From: Antedon mediterranea
Lineage: Eukaryota > Animalia > Echinodermata
Assembly (NCBI RefSeq): GCF_964355755.1
Contig: NC_092674.1
Location: forward strand, 22,754,001-22,818,000
Direction: 5' to 3'
DNA length: 64,000 nucleotides
The notes beneath the pieces were generated by a model. That model did not search any database. It saw nothing but the letters and a program-made list of their open reading frames with translations, and was not told the origin of the DNA. The translations under genes and the position numbers were made by a program. Shown piece by piece: positions 25,598 to 40,474 of the stretch; within the stretch, counting starts at the first letter, position 1, and the number at the start of each line of letters is the position of its first letter.

Positions 25598-27419
25598 TTT
25601 ATGCAGATGCCTGAAAAGTGATAAAAACTACGAATGCAATTTTGTAGATTATGGTAATTGGTTTGATGTGGATGAGATAAACAGTACTGATTGGAAACGT
25701 TAAAACACATTCGAAACATTATTTATATTATTAAAATCTACAACAAAATATTTACTGTGCATCAACATATTTAGTTTAGCTTGCAATTTAAGATTTCAAA
25801 AGGGTACATAAGAATATCATACAACTCATGTCACAGAACACGTGATTTTTGTATAGCTTTATATAGCCAGTGGAACCGTATGAAATAGAATGGTTTCCAG
25901 AAAAATTGAAATAAAACTGTGCTCACACGTGTTTTAGGACTATTGATAATAACATGTAGTAAACAAGTCATCAACATCAACTATTACAACTGATAACTAT
26001 AAGCACACAAATAGCTTTGTATGCCTTAAATATATATTTGTAAATATGTAATTAATAATTATAATTGAATATTGTAAATATTATTGGTGATACGTAGGCA
26101 TGTTCTTTCCATAATGAAGTTTATTCAATTTCTGCAATTATTTTTAACAATTTCATTTCTCATTATTAATAACGACAATACAGTATGATTTTATTGAAGG
26201 GACTCAAAGAAAATGTCTCTTTAATAGATTGTTATTGAAATGGTATTGAAAATTACGTCGGATGTCACAATCACGAGCTTGTCAGTACTGACTCAGAAAT
26301 GGAATGTTTATAGAAAGATTCCTCAGTAAGGATACCCGTATTCTCTAAATAGTGGTGACTGCCCCAATACAATATATACATTATATTGTATTATACTATA
26401 ACTTTCAAATAAACAGTTACATTATATTGTGAACTGTATATTGGTACGGGATAATTGCAAGGGATAATTTCCCGTTAGGTTTTAGTACTGTAGTGTAGAC
26501 AAAGTTCAATTATTGTTTTATTGTTATGAGTCAAGCATGGTTTAAGAAGAGGTGTTTTAGCAATTGTTAAAGAGCAATTTAAATTAAATGCATGTATATA
26601 CAGTACAGTACAGTACATTACAGTATATTATATTTTACGACAATGTCTGAATTTAAAAATACTATTAACATTATGGGTTCTAAAATCGATGTAATTCTAT
26701 ATATAAATATCCAATAAAATTAGCAGGAAGTCCGATAAGTGTATACTTCATGGTGCAATATTAATATTATTATTTATCACTTAAATATATAAAAATGGGT
26801 GTGTTTTTTTTTCTATTGTATAGAATGGTCTACTTATGATAGGTTTGGAGTTGATATAGGCCTATTGATTAAATATTGCCCACAATATTATATTTATTTC
26901 TATTTATACTAGAGCACAGAACTAGTGATTTATAAAAGCTCGCCAAAACTTTGCTTTATTTTTTACTGGATAAATTTATATTGTTGCTGTCTTTTTGAGA
27001 AGACAGTTTTTTGCGATGTTCAGTTAAGTAGGTGTTAAGTCACTCAGCTTGCGACTCATTTTGTGCATATCTAACATCACAAATGAGTCACAAATTGTGT
27101 GAGTCATCACCAAAAGTCGTCATTCCTCGTGAGGCATATCGCAAGATGATAGCGCCGCCTATATGTTTAAGTGGACTGTGGATTATATTCACGGCGGTGA
27201 TCGCTTCTCGAAATATCATAATTAACCTCAATGAAAATGTCAATTTTTTTTGTCAATTTCGTGTGAATGTTTCTTTACTTTCCGATTACAGTTTATGTAC
27301 GGATATGCTTAGCTGTAGCTTCGACTTTCATATTCCACATTGATTCCTATACAGTCGTGTGTATAATATATACTGCAGTAACTTCGCTATTATTGAAATT
27401 TAAATTTTCCTTAACATCA

Positions 27420-30400
27420 TTGTATTTTCATGTTATAGTCATGTGCATCGTCGTTGTCATCATGACCCTACTATCATCGTCATATCTGCATCACAATTAT
27501 TATCATCATCGCCGGAGCCCTCGTCGTCATGTTAAAATTGTTCAATATTTGTATGAACTTCGTCATCTTGCTATCGTCATCATCATCATCATTATAATTG
27601 TCGATGTTTCCATCAACAGTAACGACATCTTCATATCATCTAAGTTATCACTAATATATTTTCACATCTTTATACATACAAAAAAACACATTTTAAACAA
27701 AAGCAAAATACAATTAAATTAAAATAAGCAAAGTAATAAAAAAAATAAGGCACCCATAGCCCATAACCCACTACCCTAATATTTTAATTATCATTCAAAA
27801 GAATTTTATTGTCCATAATTATTTTAGTCAGACTCAAACAGGCATTGCACAAATTTACACAAACAATGCAGCAATAAACAATAACAATATAATTATTAGC
27901 AATATTTTCATTGTCATGATCTTTCGGCATTGCCACCACATCATTACACTCATCAATTATTCATTAATCATTACCTGTCATCATCACAATCACCATGTTA
28001 CCATCACTATCATCACACTCCTTAATATTTATTAAATCATTATCAACAGCATCATACTAATATCTTAAAAACTATATTTCACACTCATATCAATACACTC
28101 ATCATAACTCTCACTAAGAACAACCTTATATATATCATCATTACAATCTGTATTGCAATCATCACACCCATAGATCATCATATCAACATCATCATAATTA
28201 TAATTTTAAAAAAACCTTATCATAAGCATTGTTGCCATCGTTAATCACACTCATCAATCATCTTTATCATTATCATCATAACTACTGTATACTTAATTTA
28301 ATAAGTATTAAAATCAGCACACTCATCACACTCAGCATTACACTCATCAATAATCTTTATCAAACAATACTTAATAGCATAAGTGAGTATTAAAATCAGC
28401 ACACTCATCATCAAACTCAACATTACACTTATCAATCATCTTTATCAAACGATACTTAAGAGCATAAGTGAGTATTAAAATCAACACTCATTATCAGACT
28501 CAACATTACACTTATCCATCATCATTATCAAACGATACTTAATAGCATAAGTGAGTATTAAAATCAACATATTCATCATCAAACTCAACATTACACTTAT
28601 CAATCATCTTTATCAAACGATACTTAAGAGCATAAGTGAGTATTAAAATCAGCACACTCATCTTTACACTCATCATCCCACTCAATATTACACTCATCCA
28701 TCATCATTATTAAACGATACTTAATAGCATAAGTGAGTATTAAAATCAGCACACTCATCATCACACTCATCATCACACTCAACATTACACTCATCCATTA
28801 TCATTATCAACATCATAACTATACTTAATAACATCATAGTGAGTATTACAATCAGTATACCCATCATCACACTCAACATTACACTCATCAATCATCTTTA
28901 TCAACATCATAACTATACTTAATAACATCATAGTGAGTATTAAAATCAGTATACCCATCAGCACACTAAACATTTCACTCATCAATCATCTTTATCAACA
29001 TCATAACTGTACTTAATAACATCATAGTGAGTATTAAAATCAGTATACCCATCATCACACTCAACATTGCACTCATCAATCATCTTTATCAACATCATAA
29101 CTATACTTAATAACATCATAGTGAGTATTAAAATCAGTATACCCATCAGCACACTCAACATTGCACTCATCAATCATCTTTATCAACATCATAACTATAC
29201 TTAATAACATCATAGTGAGTATTAAAATCAGTATACCTATCAGCACACTCAACATTGCACTCATCAATCATCTTGATCAAACTATACTCAACATTTTCAT
29301 CATCAGTACTCATTATTACACTCATCATCACACTCAACGTAATGATCTTTATTAGCATCATAACTACACTTACTGTAATAACATCACAGTGAGTATTACA
29401 ATCCGTATACTCATACTCACACTCAACATTACACTCATCAATCATCTTTATTAACATCATAATCAGTATTGACACGTTACATCCATCATCATCACCCTCA
29501 TCAATCGACATTATCAACAACTTCATAACTCTAATTAAGAATATAATTTACTGTATCTTTATTACTATTGCCATTATCACACTCATTATTTTTATTATTA
29601 ACTGTTATCATTATGTCATCATCATTATGTCATCAGTCTCATCAATAATCGCATTCAATAACCATTATCAATATCTATGTCCTGTCCGTATCAGTATTGC
29701 CTTTATCACACTCATTATCACATTGTAATTATTGAGAACATCGTAACTATCATTAAGAACACAATTCATCATAATCTTTATCGGCATCATAATAATATAA
29801 TTTCAATCTTAATTATTATTGTCAGTTATATTGCTATTATCAACGTCATTGACAAATGTCTAACATTATTAATTGTAACTATCATAACAATAATTACATA
29901 CACATTAAAAATGTCACACATTCATCGCAGATCTGACAATATTCCCAACAATATAACTTATAATACTATCATCAGTGTTATCAACATCACCATCACCATA
30001 ACCATACTCAATGCCATCAAGGGTTATCAACATCTCCATCATCAAATTCAATGTCATCATGTGTCATCACCATCAATCCACTCAATGCCATCAAGTGTTA
30101 TCAGCATCACAACACCCAATGTCATAAAGTGTTATCAACCTCGACACCTCACTCAATGCAATCAAGTGTTATCAACATCACCATCACCACAATCAATACC
30201 ATCAAGTGTTATAAACATCACTATCACCACACTCAATACAATCAATTGTTATCATCATCATCATCATCACACTCAATGTCAACAAGTGTTATTGACATCA
30301 CCATCACCACACTCAATGCCATTAAGTGTTATCACATCACCACACTCAATGTCACCAAGTGTTATCACCATCATACCACCTAATGCCATTAAATGTTATC

Positions 30401-33400
30401 AACATCAACACCTCACTCAATGTCATAAAGTGTTATCAACATCACTTTACCACACTCAATACCATCAAGTGTTATTAACATCACTATTACCACACTCAAT
30501 ACAATCAAGTGTTATCAACATCACCATCATCACACTCAATGTCAACAAGTGTTATCGACATCACCATCACCACACTCAATGTCATTAAGTGTTATCACAT
30601 CACCACACTTAATGCCATCAAGTGTCATCAACATCACCATCACCACAATCAATACCATCAAGTGTTATAAACATCACTATCACCACACTCAATACAATCA
30701 ATTGTTATCAGCATCACCATCATCACGCTCAATGTCAACAAGTGTTATTGACATCACCATCACCACACTCAATGCCATTAAGTGTTATCACATCACCACA
30801 CTCAATGTCACCAAGTGTTATCACCATCACACCACCTAATGCCATAAACACCTCACTCAATGTCATAAAGTGTTATCAACATCACTTTACCACACTCAAT
30901 ACAATCAAGTGTCATCAACATCACCATCATCACACTCAATGTCAACAAGTGTTATCGACATCACCATCACCACACTCAATTCCATTAAGTGTTATCACAT
31001 CACCACACTCAATGCCATCAAGTGTCATCAACATCACCACACATAATGCAATCAAGTGACATAAACATTACCAAACTCAATGCCGTCACGTATTGTCAAC
31101 ATCACCACATTCAATGCCATCAAGTGTCATCAACATCGTCATCACCGCACTCGATGCCTTCAAGTATTATCACCATCACTACACTCAATGCAATCAAGGG
31201 TTATCAACATCTCCATCTCCACACTTAATGGCATCAAGTGCTATCAACATTACCATCACCACACTTAATGTCACCACCACACCAAATGCTATCAAGTGTT
31301 ATCAACATCTCCATCATCACACTCAATGCCATCAAGTGTTATCACCATCACAATACGTAATGCTATCATGTGTCATCACCATCACCACACACAATTCCAT
31401 CAAGTGTCATCAACATCACTACCATCGCACTCAATGCCATCAAGTGTTATCAACATCACAACACTCAATGCCATCAAGTGTCATCACCATCAGCACACAC
31501 AATTCCATCAAGTTTCATCATCACCTTACTCAATGCCACCAAGTGTTATCAACATCACAACACTTAATGCCATCAAATGTCATCAACATCACCATCACCA
31601 CACACAATTCTATCAGGTGTCATCAACATCACTACCATCGCACTCAATGCCATCAAGTGTTATCAACATCACCGCACTCAATGCCATCAAATGTCATCAC
31701 CATCAGCACACACAATTCCATCAAGTGTCATCATCCTCCCCGTACTCAATGCCACCAAGTGTTGTCAACATCATAGCACTCAATGCCATTAATTATCATC
31801 AATATCACCATCACCGCACTCAATGCCATTAAGTATCATCACCATCACCACACTTAATGCAATCAAGTGTTATCAACATCACCATCACTACACTCAATGC
31901 CATCAAGTGTCACCAACACCACCATCATCGCATTCAATGTCATCAAGTGTCATCATCACAATCACCGCATTCAATTCTATCATAACATTGTCAACACCCA
32001 TAAATCTATTAACATCCTTAATCATTGTAAACAATCGAATCATTATCATTTCCAACACTACCTCTAATCTATTTGCATTGTTATTTTTAACTGTTATCAC
32101 TATAATTACCATTGCTATAATTATTTTTAGCTATATAGCTATCAGCATTGTCATTATAAATAATACCATAAATATCATAATTTTCAATTATATAATTATC
32201 AGCATTGTCATTTTAGTACCATCATCTCAGTCATTACCATCAATATTATCATTTTCAACAATGTAACTATTAGCATGATCACTGTTAACACTATCATCTT
32301 AGTCATCAACATTGTCATCAATATTATCATTTTCAACAATGCAACTATTATTAGCAGTATCAATATTAACATTATCATCTTAATCATCAACATTGTCATC
32401 AATAATTATTATCATTTTCAACAATGCAACTATTAGCAATATCATTGTAACACTGTCATCTTCAACAATGTCATCAATATTATTATAAACAATGTAACCA
32501 TTTATTTATCTATCTATTTATTTTTTCATTGTTTTCATCATCATCTTAATATGTAAATATAATTTAATTCAAAATATATTGATAACCATCAACATTGTCA
32601 TCATTTTCCTCATTTCAACAACATAACTATGAACATTGTCATTGTTATCATCAACTTGAATATCAATAACACTATCACTTTTATTATTTCCAACAATTTA
32701 AATATTAACATTTTAATTTTAACTCAATTGTCATAATTATCAAAATTATCGTCACTATCAACATCTTTAACACTATTGCTATTACAATTTTTCATTTCTA
32801 ACACCCTTATCCAAATCATCAACATTTTAATCATTATCAAAATATAACTGTTAGCAACTCACTGGCCACACCGTTTTCTAAATTATCAACTTTGTCATCA
32901 TCATCATCAAAATATAACTATTATCATTCTCACTGTTAGTATCATCATCATTAATCATCGATATTGTCTTCTTTTTAAAACAATATAACTGGCAATCACA
33001 TTAACATCATAATTATAATACCACATTGTCTGTACTATCATCATTTTCAACAATGATTAGGATTATAACTTATCACCATCGTTCTAAACATCAATATTTT
33101 CATCACTATCATCTTGTTACCATCCTAATATCAATGATGCTCTCAATATTATCAATAATACACCATTTTCATTGTTAACAGCATCATTTTAAAATATAAC
33201 TAAAATGTCATAGTTATTATCTTCTTATTCACCAATAATGGCACCACTATCATCATTTTCAATATCTAACTATTAACATTTTCATTGTCAACATCATAAT
33301 CATCAACATTTTCATAACATATCATTATTAGTTTTAAAATATAACTGAAATGTCATTGTTATTATCTTCTTAATTACCAACAATAGTAACATCACTATCA

Positions 33401-34330
33401 TTATTTTCAATATAACTATTAACATTGTCATTTTAAACAATATAGATATTAACATCATATTAATCATTGCCATAGTCATTATTTAATTCCCATTTAAACT
33501 ATATGATTATTATCACTATCTTTTCATCACTATAATTGCCAATTATTATGATTATTATTGTTATCCTTAACATCTTAATCATTAACATTGTCATCATTAA
33601 CATCAAACAATTGACATTGCACCATAATATTAATCATAATCAACGCCATCACTTTGTTATCATTCAAAGATATGATTATTAACATATTGTCGTTGGTAAT
33701 TTTATCTCAATCATCAACATTGCCATTCACTATCATCATTTGCAACAATCAAACTATTTAATTATCAACATTTCCAACTGTCATTTCCACATTGTCAGTA
33801 TTGTTATTAAGTTCAACAATAAAACTATTTAACAATGTCATTGTTAACATCATCATCTTTTAATTGTCAATATTTGCATTATTTTTTATCAATAACTGTA
33901 ATTTCTATCATTGTCAGTATTGTCATCATTTTCAAAAACTATTTAACAATGTACTTGTTAACATCATCATTGTTTTCATACGCGTCCAACAGCGAGCAAA
34001 AGCTCGCCAATTACAGGATGGTTAAACTATTATTTTTATAAATTATCAAAATTTTCATCATTTTTAACAATAGCTGTCATTTCTATCATTGTCAGTATTG
34101 TCATCATGTTGAACAATAAAACTATTGACATTGTAAACTGTTATTAACATCATCTTCAAATAATAATGATTGTTCGTATTTCAACCTCATAGCTTTATTG
34201 TTAATATGTGAACATCTTCAAACGTCATAAATAAGGTTATTTCACACTATGCATTGTTATCAATGTCAAAATAATCATCACAATTATAGTATTAAATAAC
34301 GTCAGGATGAAGATTATCAAAATCAGATCG
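27420..34330. repeat. Large CAT-rich low-complexity/satellite block with a 94-bp subarray (~28790-29270) and a ~35-40-bp subarray (~29975-31990)
   Basis: Very G-poor + strand; minus-strand ORFs repeat at 94-bp offsets (28982, 29076, 29170); cacactcaatgccatcaagtgttatcaacatcaccatcac-type units. Confidence 0.9.
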
Positions 34331-34403
34331 TCATCGAAAAAAACTAAAAAGATACATTAAAAAAAACATAAACTTCATCATCACATTCACATCATAATAT
34401 TAA

Positions 34404-34859
34404 AGATGTATTGTCCCTTTGACTAATTCCAAAAAAATAAAGATTTCGAAAAAAAGTGGGTCATTTTGAAGTATCATAATAGTTATTAACTTGACTTCCA
34501 GTCAAAGTTTTCGATCAAAACATATCTCATAATGCAACGCGCTTGTTTGGCTACTCTGTATGCATAATCATAAACTTCCTCGCGATCTGTGTGAAAGGAC
34601 CTTCTCAACCGTGACGAGTTGTAAACAATCCTAATTAGCATCATGCATACTCGTGGTTTGAAATCTTTGTTTACTTTCGCTAGCGACGATTTTCCAGACG
34701 AAATGTAATCAAATTAATTTACCTGTTAATTACGTAAACTAGTTGTTTTTGGCTCGAATTATTGACTTAAAGTGAATAACTCTAATATTACTTTGATGTG
34801 GCCAATTTCAATTTAGAATATTTTGACCTTCATTTTTTTTTTTAAGGGACAATACATCT
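34404..34859. mobile_element. Non-autonomous DNA transposon (Kolobok-like MITE), TTAA TSD
   Basis: TIR agatgtattgtccctt / aagggacaatacatct flanked by TTAA at 34400-34403 and 34860-34863. Confidence 0.8.
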
Positions 34860-35860
34860 TTAACATATTGATCAGCAACGTAATCATCATCATCATCATC
34901 ATCATATTACTATATTAATATTTAATACAGTGTCATTTTTTTTATCCTCGTCTTTTTCTATGTGTTTAAAAAAATGTAGTCTTTTTCATTACTGTAGTAT
35001 TCGGTTCGTTGAAGATTATTGTTAAAAAAACATATAATGTTTAAGGTGGGTGCAAACAAATCGTATACTATTATTCTCATAGTAAATGTATGTTAATTAT
35101 TGAACTGTAATATATTGTTGACATTTTTGTACATTGTTGGTTGATAATAGTTTGTAAATTTATGCCTATCCCCAAAAAGAAGATAGAAAATAAATAATAT
35201 AATACGTAGCTAACATGTGTTTTATTTGAGAATTGATTGTCAGCTGTTTGCGTACTTAGTCAAATAGAAACAATGTTTTAGTAAAGGTTTGGATAAATCT
35301 ATTCGAGTCAGTGTTACCCTGACAAAGTTTGTTAGTTGATATACCCAGCTTACAACCTACTAGTATCCTGAAAAGGATATTATACAAATTCTTCGTGAAT
35401 GACTTTTACAAGGAGAACCCCTTAAGAAAATCAGAAAGAGAAGCACTTTATCAAGGGATTTATGTCGCTTCCATTAGGCCTACAGCTGCTGCGAGTCCAG
35501 CAAAAATAACACAGTGTTGGGTGAACGACTCGAAGCGTATATTAATCAGGTACAGAGCCTGTTGTTTGAAGATGAATATATGTACTTTACACCACCGTGA
35601 ACACATCCACAAGAAATGTAAAATAATTTTTTTAACCGCCAGAGACAACACGGAATACCAGGTGGCAATATTATCACGCAATGATTGGCAAAACAACGGC
35701 TATCAAAGGTAAAACATAACTCTTCTTCTGTATTTGGATAAGAACTTAACATAAACATATCGCATCCCCAGAGTGAATGTAAATACACAAACGATATACC
35801 AATAATTTAAATTAAAAGTGCGTACAATATATAGAATTCAAGTAGGCTACATACTTTCTA

Positions 35861-36041
35861 AAGCGTGGTTCCCACTAGCGACGTAACACAAGAACGTAAC
35901 GCAACGCAAGTGAATTGACCAATCTCAAGCGATGACTTATTCGCTTGTGATTGCTAACTGTCTATAACTTCGCTTGTCATTGGTTAAAACGCTTGCGTTG
36001 CGTTTACGTCCTTGCGTTACGTTCTAGTGGGAACCAAGCTT
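35861..36041. mobile_element. MITE (aagcgtggttcccactag family)
   Basis: Near-perfect TIR aagcgtggttcccactag / ctagtgggaaccaagctt, largely palindromic body, TA flanks. Confidence 0.8.
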
Positions 36042-37075
36042 TAGCAAAGTTACGAAGAAACTATAAGAAAACTAAATAGGTCTAATATCTATGCTATGAT
36101 TTCTATAACAAATCGGCTAAGGGTAAGGTCTTTTGATGTTTCCAAAAAGCGAATGTGATCTATTACTAATGTGATGCATCACAAAATGTAATATACCGAT
36201 AGTGTAATGTAATGGAACAGGATAGATTACTATGTTTTTTTGTCGTACGATCCATTCTTAAGAGTCGCGGCAACAAATAAATCGGCGTTTATAAATTACC
36301 AAAGGCAATCATAATGTCTAAGAAAATATATAATGATGAATTTCATAGGAATTATTATTTTAATAATCGCCCACGACCAAAATTAAATTGTGTAATGTGA
36401 AGCATTGACCTAGTTTAACACATCTTAATCTTTAGTGATCTGTGTGAAAACGCACGATCTATCTAAAAGTGAGCTTTTAGTGTCCGTCGTTGACCTTTAC
36501 GGTCATTCTCTAAGCGCATCGATGCAGCGTTGTATCTGTTTATAGGTGCAATTAATTTTGTTTTGTGTGCCTTACACCACTTTTTTTCAAATTCACAATG
36601 TGAACTTGTTAACAACAGGCTTTATTTTACACACCGTGTGTATATATTCTTGGGAGACAGAGCCATCTATGGCTCTGTTGGGAGACGCTATGCAGCGCCA
36701 CCAGTCATCTGGTGGTTGTTGACGTTTCCGTTGTATCATCCTCATCCCTCTGCTTCTGCTCCTGCTTGCTTTTTCATCAAACTATCATAAATGTGTGGAA
36801 GGTCATATTATTCTAAGTCTATATTAATGCTGTCTCCTTTTTTGTTGCCTATATAGCTTTTTAATTTTTTCGGTCTGTGATTCTATTTCAATCGCATTTC
36901 CAGCCTTTGTTCAAACACTTTTATTTATTCGGAGACAGATGAGTTGATGCAATAGCATATATTTAAGATGTTCAATTAATCAATTTATTTGGAAATTAGA
37001 TATTTACATCGGTGACACACACCATACCTATATTGTTTCTAACACAATACATAAATAATACAATATGAAAGAATG

Positions 37076-37777
37076 TTTTTAGTCGCGTGCAACGCGACTC
37101 TACATCTCACTATGTCGGTCGGTTGGTTGGTCGATCGGTAAACACTAACTTGTATATGACCTTATATTGATATCAGTTTAATCTAGCTAAGATAATTTTT
37201 CACAGTATATTCCTTATGGCCAGGAATCGATGTGGTTATGTTTTCACGGTGCGCAATAAAACATTACGCGGTCTACGCACGATTTAATGAAATCATGTTT
37301 GTAATCATATCTACACAAGCATGAATCACAATTAAATAAAATTTGGTACTCATAAATTTCAGGACATAAATCATCATTTGGCAATACAATTACGTGCGTA
37401 GCGCATGTAACGCATGCGTATACGCGCTTAACATTTTAAAAATTTATTTTCGATGAAATAAGAGTACGTTTCAGGCAATTTTAAGCGTTTAAAAATTTGC
37501 CATGAGTGCGCAGATTTTTGGACGCGCATTGCGCGTTAAATGTTAATACGAACTCTTTTTGCCCGATTTCTGTTTTCTTGACTTACTTTTCCACTCGAAA
37601 TTACGTTATACGAGCACGTCAAAAGTGACAGGCTACGCACGTGTAAATTAAAAAAAATATAAATGTTTTAAACATTTTCAACATTTTTAAACATGTTCAG
37701 CAATTTCGGTCGGTTGGTCGATCGGTCGGTAAACACTAACTTGAGCACGCGACTGCAGCCATCTATATGGCCTTGTT
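37076..37777 (+). mobile_element. Helentron/DINE-1-like non-autonomous element
   Basis: 5' palindrome agtcgcgtgcaacgcgact, subterminal inverted repeat gcacgcgact at 37745-37754, (ggtc/ggtt)n microsatellite, 3' hairpin gccatctatatggc, T-rich flanks. Confidence 0.7.
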
Positions 37778-38410
37778 TTTTTACTTTAGTGCGTTCGTAG
37801 GTAGCCTATAATTATTCTATCAAATTTTAGCACATTTTACATACCCAGAATTTTACAACGTTAAATGTACTTTCTTTTGGCCCTTCCATACTACGTACAA
37901 CAGAGGCTCCATTGTAATGTTTGTATGATATGCATATAATATATACAACTTGGAAAAATATTATAACATTAAATCTAAAATCTTAACAACTATAACAAAC
38001 CTACTGAAAATTGAGCTAGATCAATACTTTTTTATTTTGATAAAATATATTTTAAACTGTAATAGGCTAGATCATCTATATCTCATATTATTAATTGTAA
38101 AATGATGTTTATTTTGTCTTATTTGGAAATGCAGAACTATAGAATGAAACTATTACGTCAATTTCTAGTTTAGTCTAGTAGTTTTAACTAAATCATTCAC
38201 CCATCGGATGATCTTGGTTTTGAAGCTGCTGATGTCCATTCATTTTATTTTTCATTAAGTTTAAAGATGAAATAATTATTTCAAAGAGGGCCAATATCAC
38301 TGTTGAGGAGACACGTTAGGGAACCAACACAGACAGTATCTGTGTGAATAGGGACTGGCAATAGTGTTTTAAAACATACTGATTTTCTTTCGTTTCATAG
38401 AAAAGTATAC

Positions 38411-39550
38411 CCTTAAAATGGATTTGAAATGGATTTTCGATTTTTTTCATTTTAGAATGATGTTTTGGGGGCTATTAGGTGTTGCTAGAATGTATATTGT
38501 TACAAAATATAAATTGGCCCTTTTGGGGAAAGCCCCATTTGAAAATCAAAAAAATTCGCGGGTGACGTCACTTTGCGAATATATTCCTATCCCTCCAATG
38601 GAAAATTTGCAGTTTTTTGGCTATAACTCTTGAAATCTATGGAGTATTTTCTAAAAAATGCTTGTGCATTTGCAGAAATGTATTTAGAATTTTTTTAGAT
38701 AAAATTATTACCGTATAAACGGTTATTCATCGAGTAAATGACGATTTAAAATCTTAAAATCAACGGTTTTTGTCTGGCAATACCTAAGTTGGCCTGGCAA
38801 CGTTGTCCGGGATACAGCTCCGTGCGCAATGATGCGTATCCATATTTTCCGTTCGTGTATTTTGTATATCGTTCGTAATTTATACTGCTAAAATTGGTTA
38901 GTTTCTTTAGTTTTTAGTTTAGCAGAATTAAATTAGTAATATGAGATGATAATTTATTTGTCACGAATCAGGCAGTTCGAAAACGAATTTTATTCATATT
39001 TTACTTTGGCTTGACAATGAGCGCAGCAAGTTGTTGATATCGCTTTGGTCCTTGGATACACATGAAACGGAGCCTCGCCCGCATGATGTGGGTGGTGGAT
39101 CGACCCCGCGCTCTGATTGGGGGCCTAGGCCTAGTAAAGGTTTGGGAGGTAGGCCTTCTAAATTCGGGTTTTAGAACAAACGAAGTACATTTTAGGGACC
39201 TATATTTCAAAAACATTAGATATTGAATAAATTAGTATTAGTGTCAACGCTTCGCGTATCTTTCCAGGCCGTCGATCATTCACTGACTATCGGGCGGCAT
39301 ACACGCCTCGATATCATCGTATGTATATGTGACGTCGTGAATATAGAGGCTTCCGAAGGCCGTTGAAATAGAATATTGCAATGGCGTGAGTAATTTTCGC
39401 TAATTTACCATGGTATCTTAAAATTTCGTTTTTACTCAAAATACTATACATTTTGTTTTTATTTGTGTGGGTTTGTGTTAATTTGATACATTTAAATAAC
39501 ATGTGTGAATTTCTTGAAAATCGAAATTCCATTTCAGGTCCATTTTAAGG
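38411..39550. mobile_element. DNA transposon remnant with ~34-bp TIRs
   Basis: ccttaaaatggatttgaaatggattttcgatttt vs reverse complement of the right end ccttaaaatggacctgaaatggaatttcgatttt (3 mismatches); no TSD or transposase recognised. Confidence 0.65.
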
Positions 39551-39661
39551 ATTCTCCTCTGAATATGTGTTGGCCTTAGTGTTATAACATATCCCTGTAA
39601 CGGGGGGCGCTTCGGAAAAATGGTCTTATGATAGAGGTATAATCTGAATAGATGTGTCCTG

Positions 39662-40182
39662 GGGCGGATTGCTATAACCGGTCTTAGCGCTTAGCCGGCT
39701 ATAATTTGTGACGTAGCAAGTAGTCTTACATTATAGACCATTGCTATACCGCGGTCTAACCTGTAAACGGTCTTTAAAATTAAAGCCTACTCGAAGGAGT
39801 CTTAAAACAGTCTTAAACCTCTCTTTTTTTTTTGCTTTTACGTATTATTTATCGTCAAAGACAACCAATAGAACGAGTTTTAAGTGTTAAATCAAATAAT
39901 AACGGTGATTTTATTCTTATATAGCCCTAGAATAGATTTTCTTGCGTAGAAATGTACGTACTGTTAAAATTGTGAATTGAACAAGCGTGACGAACATTAC
40001 CTTATTTGGTATTCTACGCGCAAAGTACGCCCACAATTTGTTACTTTACGTGGTCTTATCTAAGACTGTTTTATAGCAATGGTCTAACAGGGGTGGCTTT
40101 AGTAAGACCGTCTATCAGATAAAGCCGGCTTTAATCGGGGAGTTAAGACCATTAGTTAAGACTGTTTTATAGCAATCCGCCC
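39662..40182. mobile_element. PIF/Harbinger-like MITE with CTG TSD containing a nested related MITE (39735-40085)
   Basis: Outer TIR gggcggattgctataa / ttatagcaatccgccc flanked by CTG; inner TIR agaccattgctata / tatagcaatggtct. Confidence 0.75.
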
Positions 40183-40241
40183 CTGGAAATAGGGATGTCG
40201 TAAATGAGTGGTTACCGTGTACTTTCCTCTACTCATACATT

Positions 40242-40474
40242 TTAATAACCTTCGTCATCATAACCAAAATACAATACTGTAAACAACGCGAGATGAAAGT
40301 GGGAGTCATTGTTTAAGTAACATGTACCACATCCATATTCGAAAGCTGTACATTCTGACCATTTGATGCACAGTGTGCCACATTTTATTAGGCTATATCT
40401 ATTTTTGCTTTGTTGGTTGTGAATTCCACATGGACTACCTTTCCGTCTCAACTTGAAACATGCCGTTTTATTGA
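40242..40474 (-). CDS. Terminal exon, PAN/apple-like cysteine domain
   Basis: catttag acceptor, phase 1; (I)NKTACFKLRRKGSPC...SLIKCGTLCIKWSECTAFEYGCGTCYL...Y*; C-x3-C-x5-C-x-AF-x-Y...C-x-L pattern typical of PAN/apple. Confidence 0.7.

Noticed and set aside
28791-29526. Four near-identical hydrophobic minus-strand ORFs resembling small secreted peptides
   Set aside because: They are translations of the 94-bp tandem repeat, shifting frame with each unit.
29677-32402. Many long His/Thr/Ile/Gln-rich ORFs (up to 303 aa) in overlapping frames
   Set aside because: Open in several frames because the CAT-rich repeat lacks stop codons; unit lengths are not multiples of 3 and no splice structure is evident.
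35329-35788. Cluster of 78-127 aa ORFs on both strands
   Set aside because: No recognisable domain or consistent splice signals.
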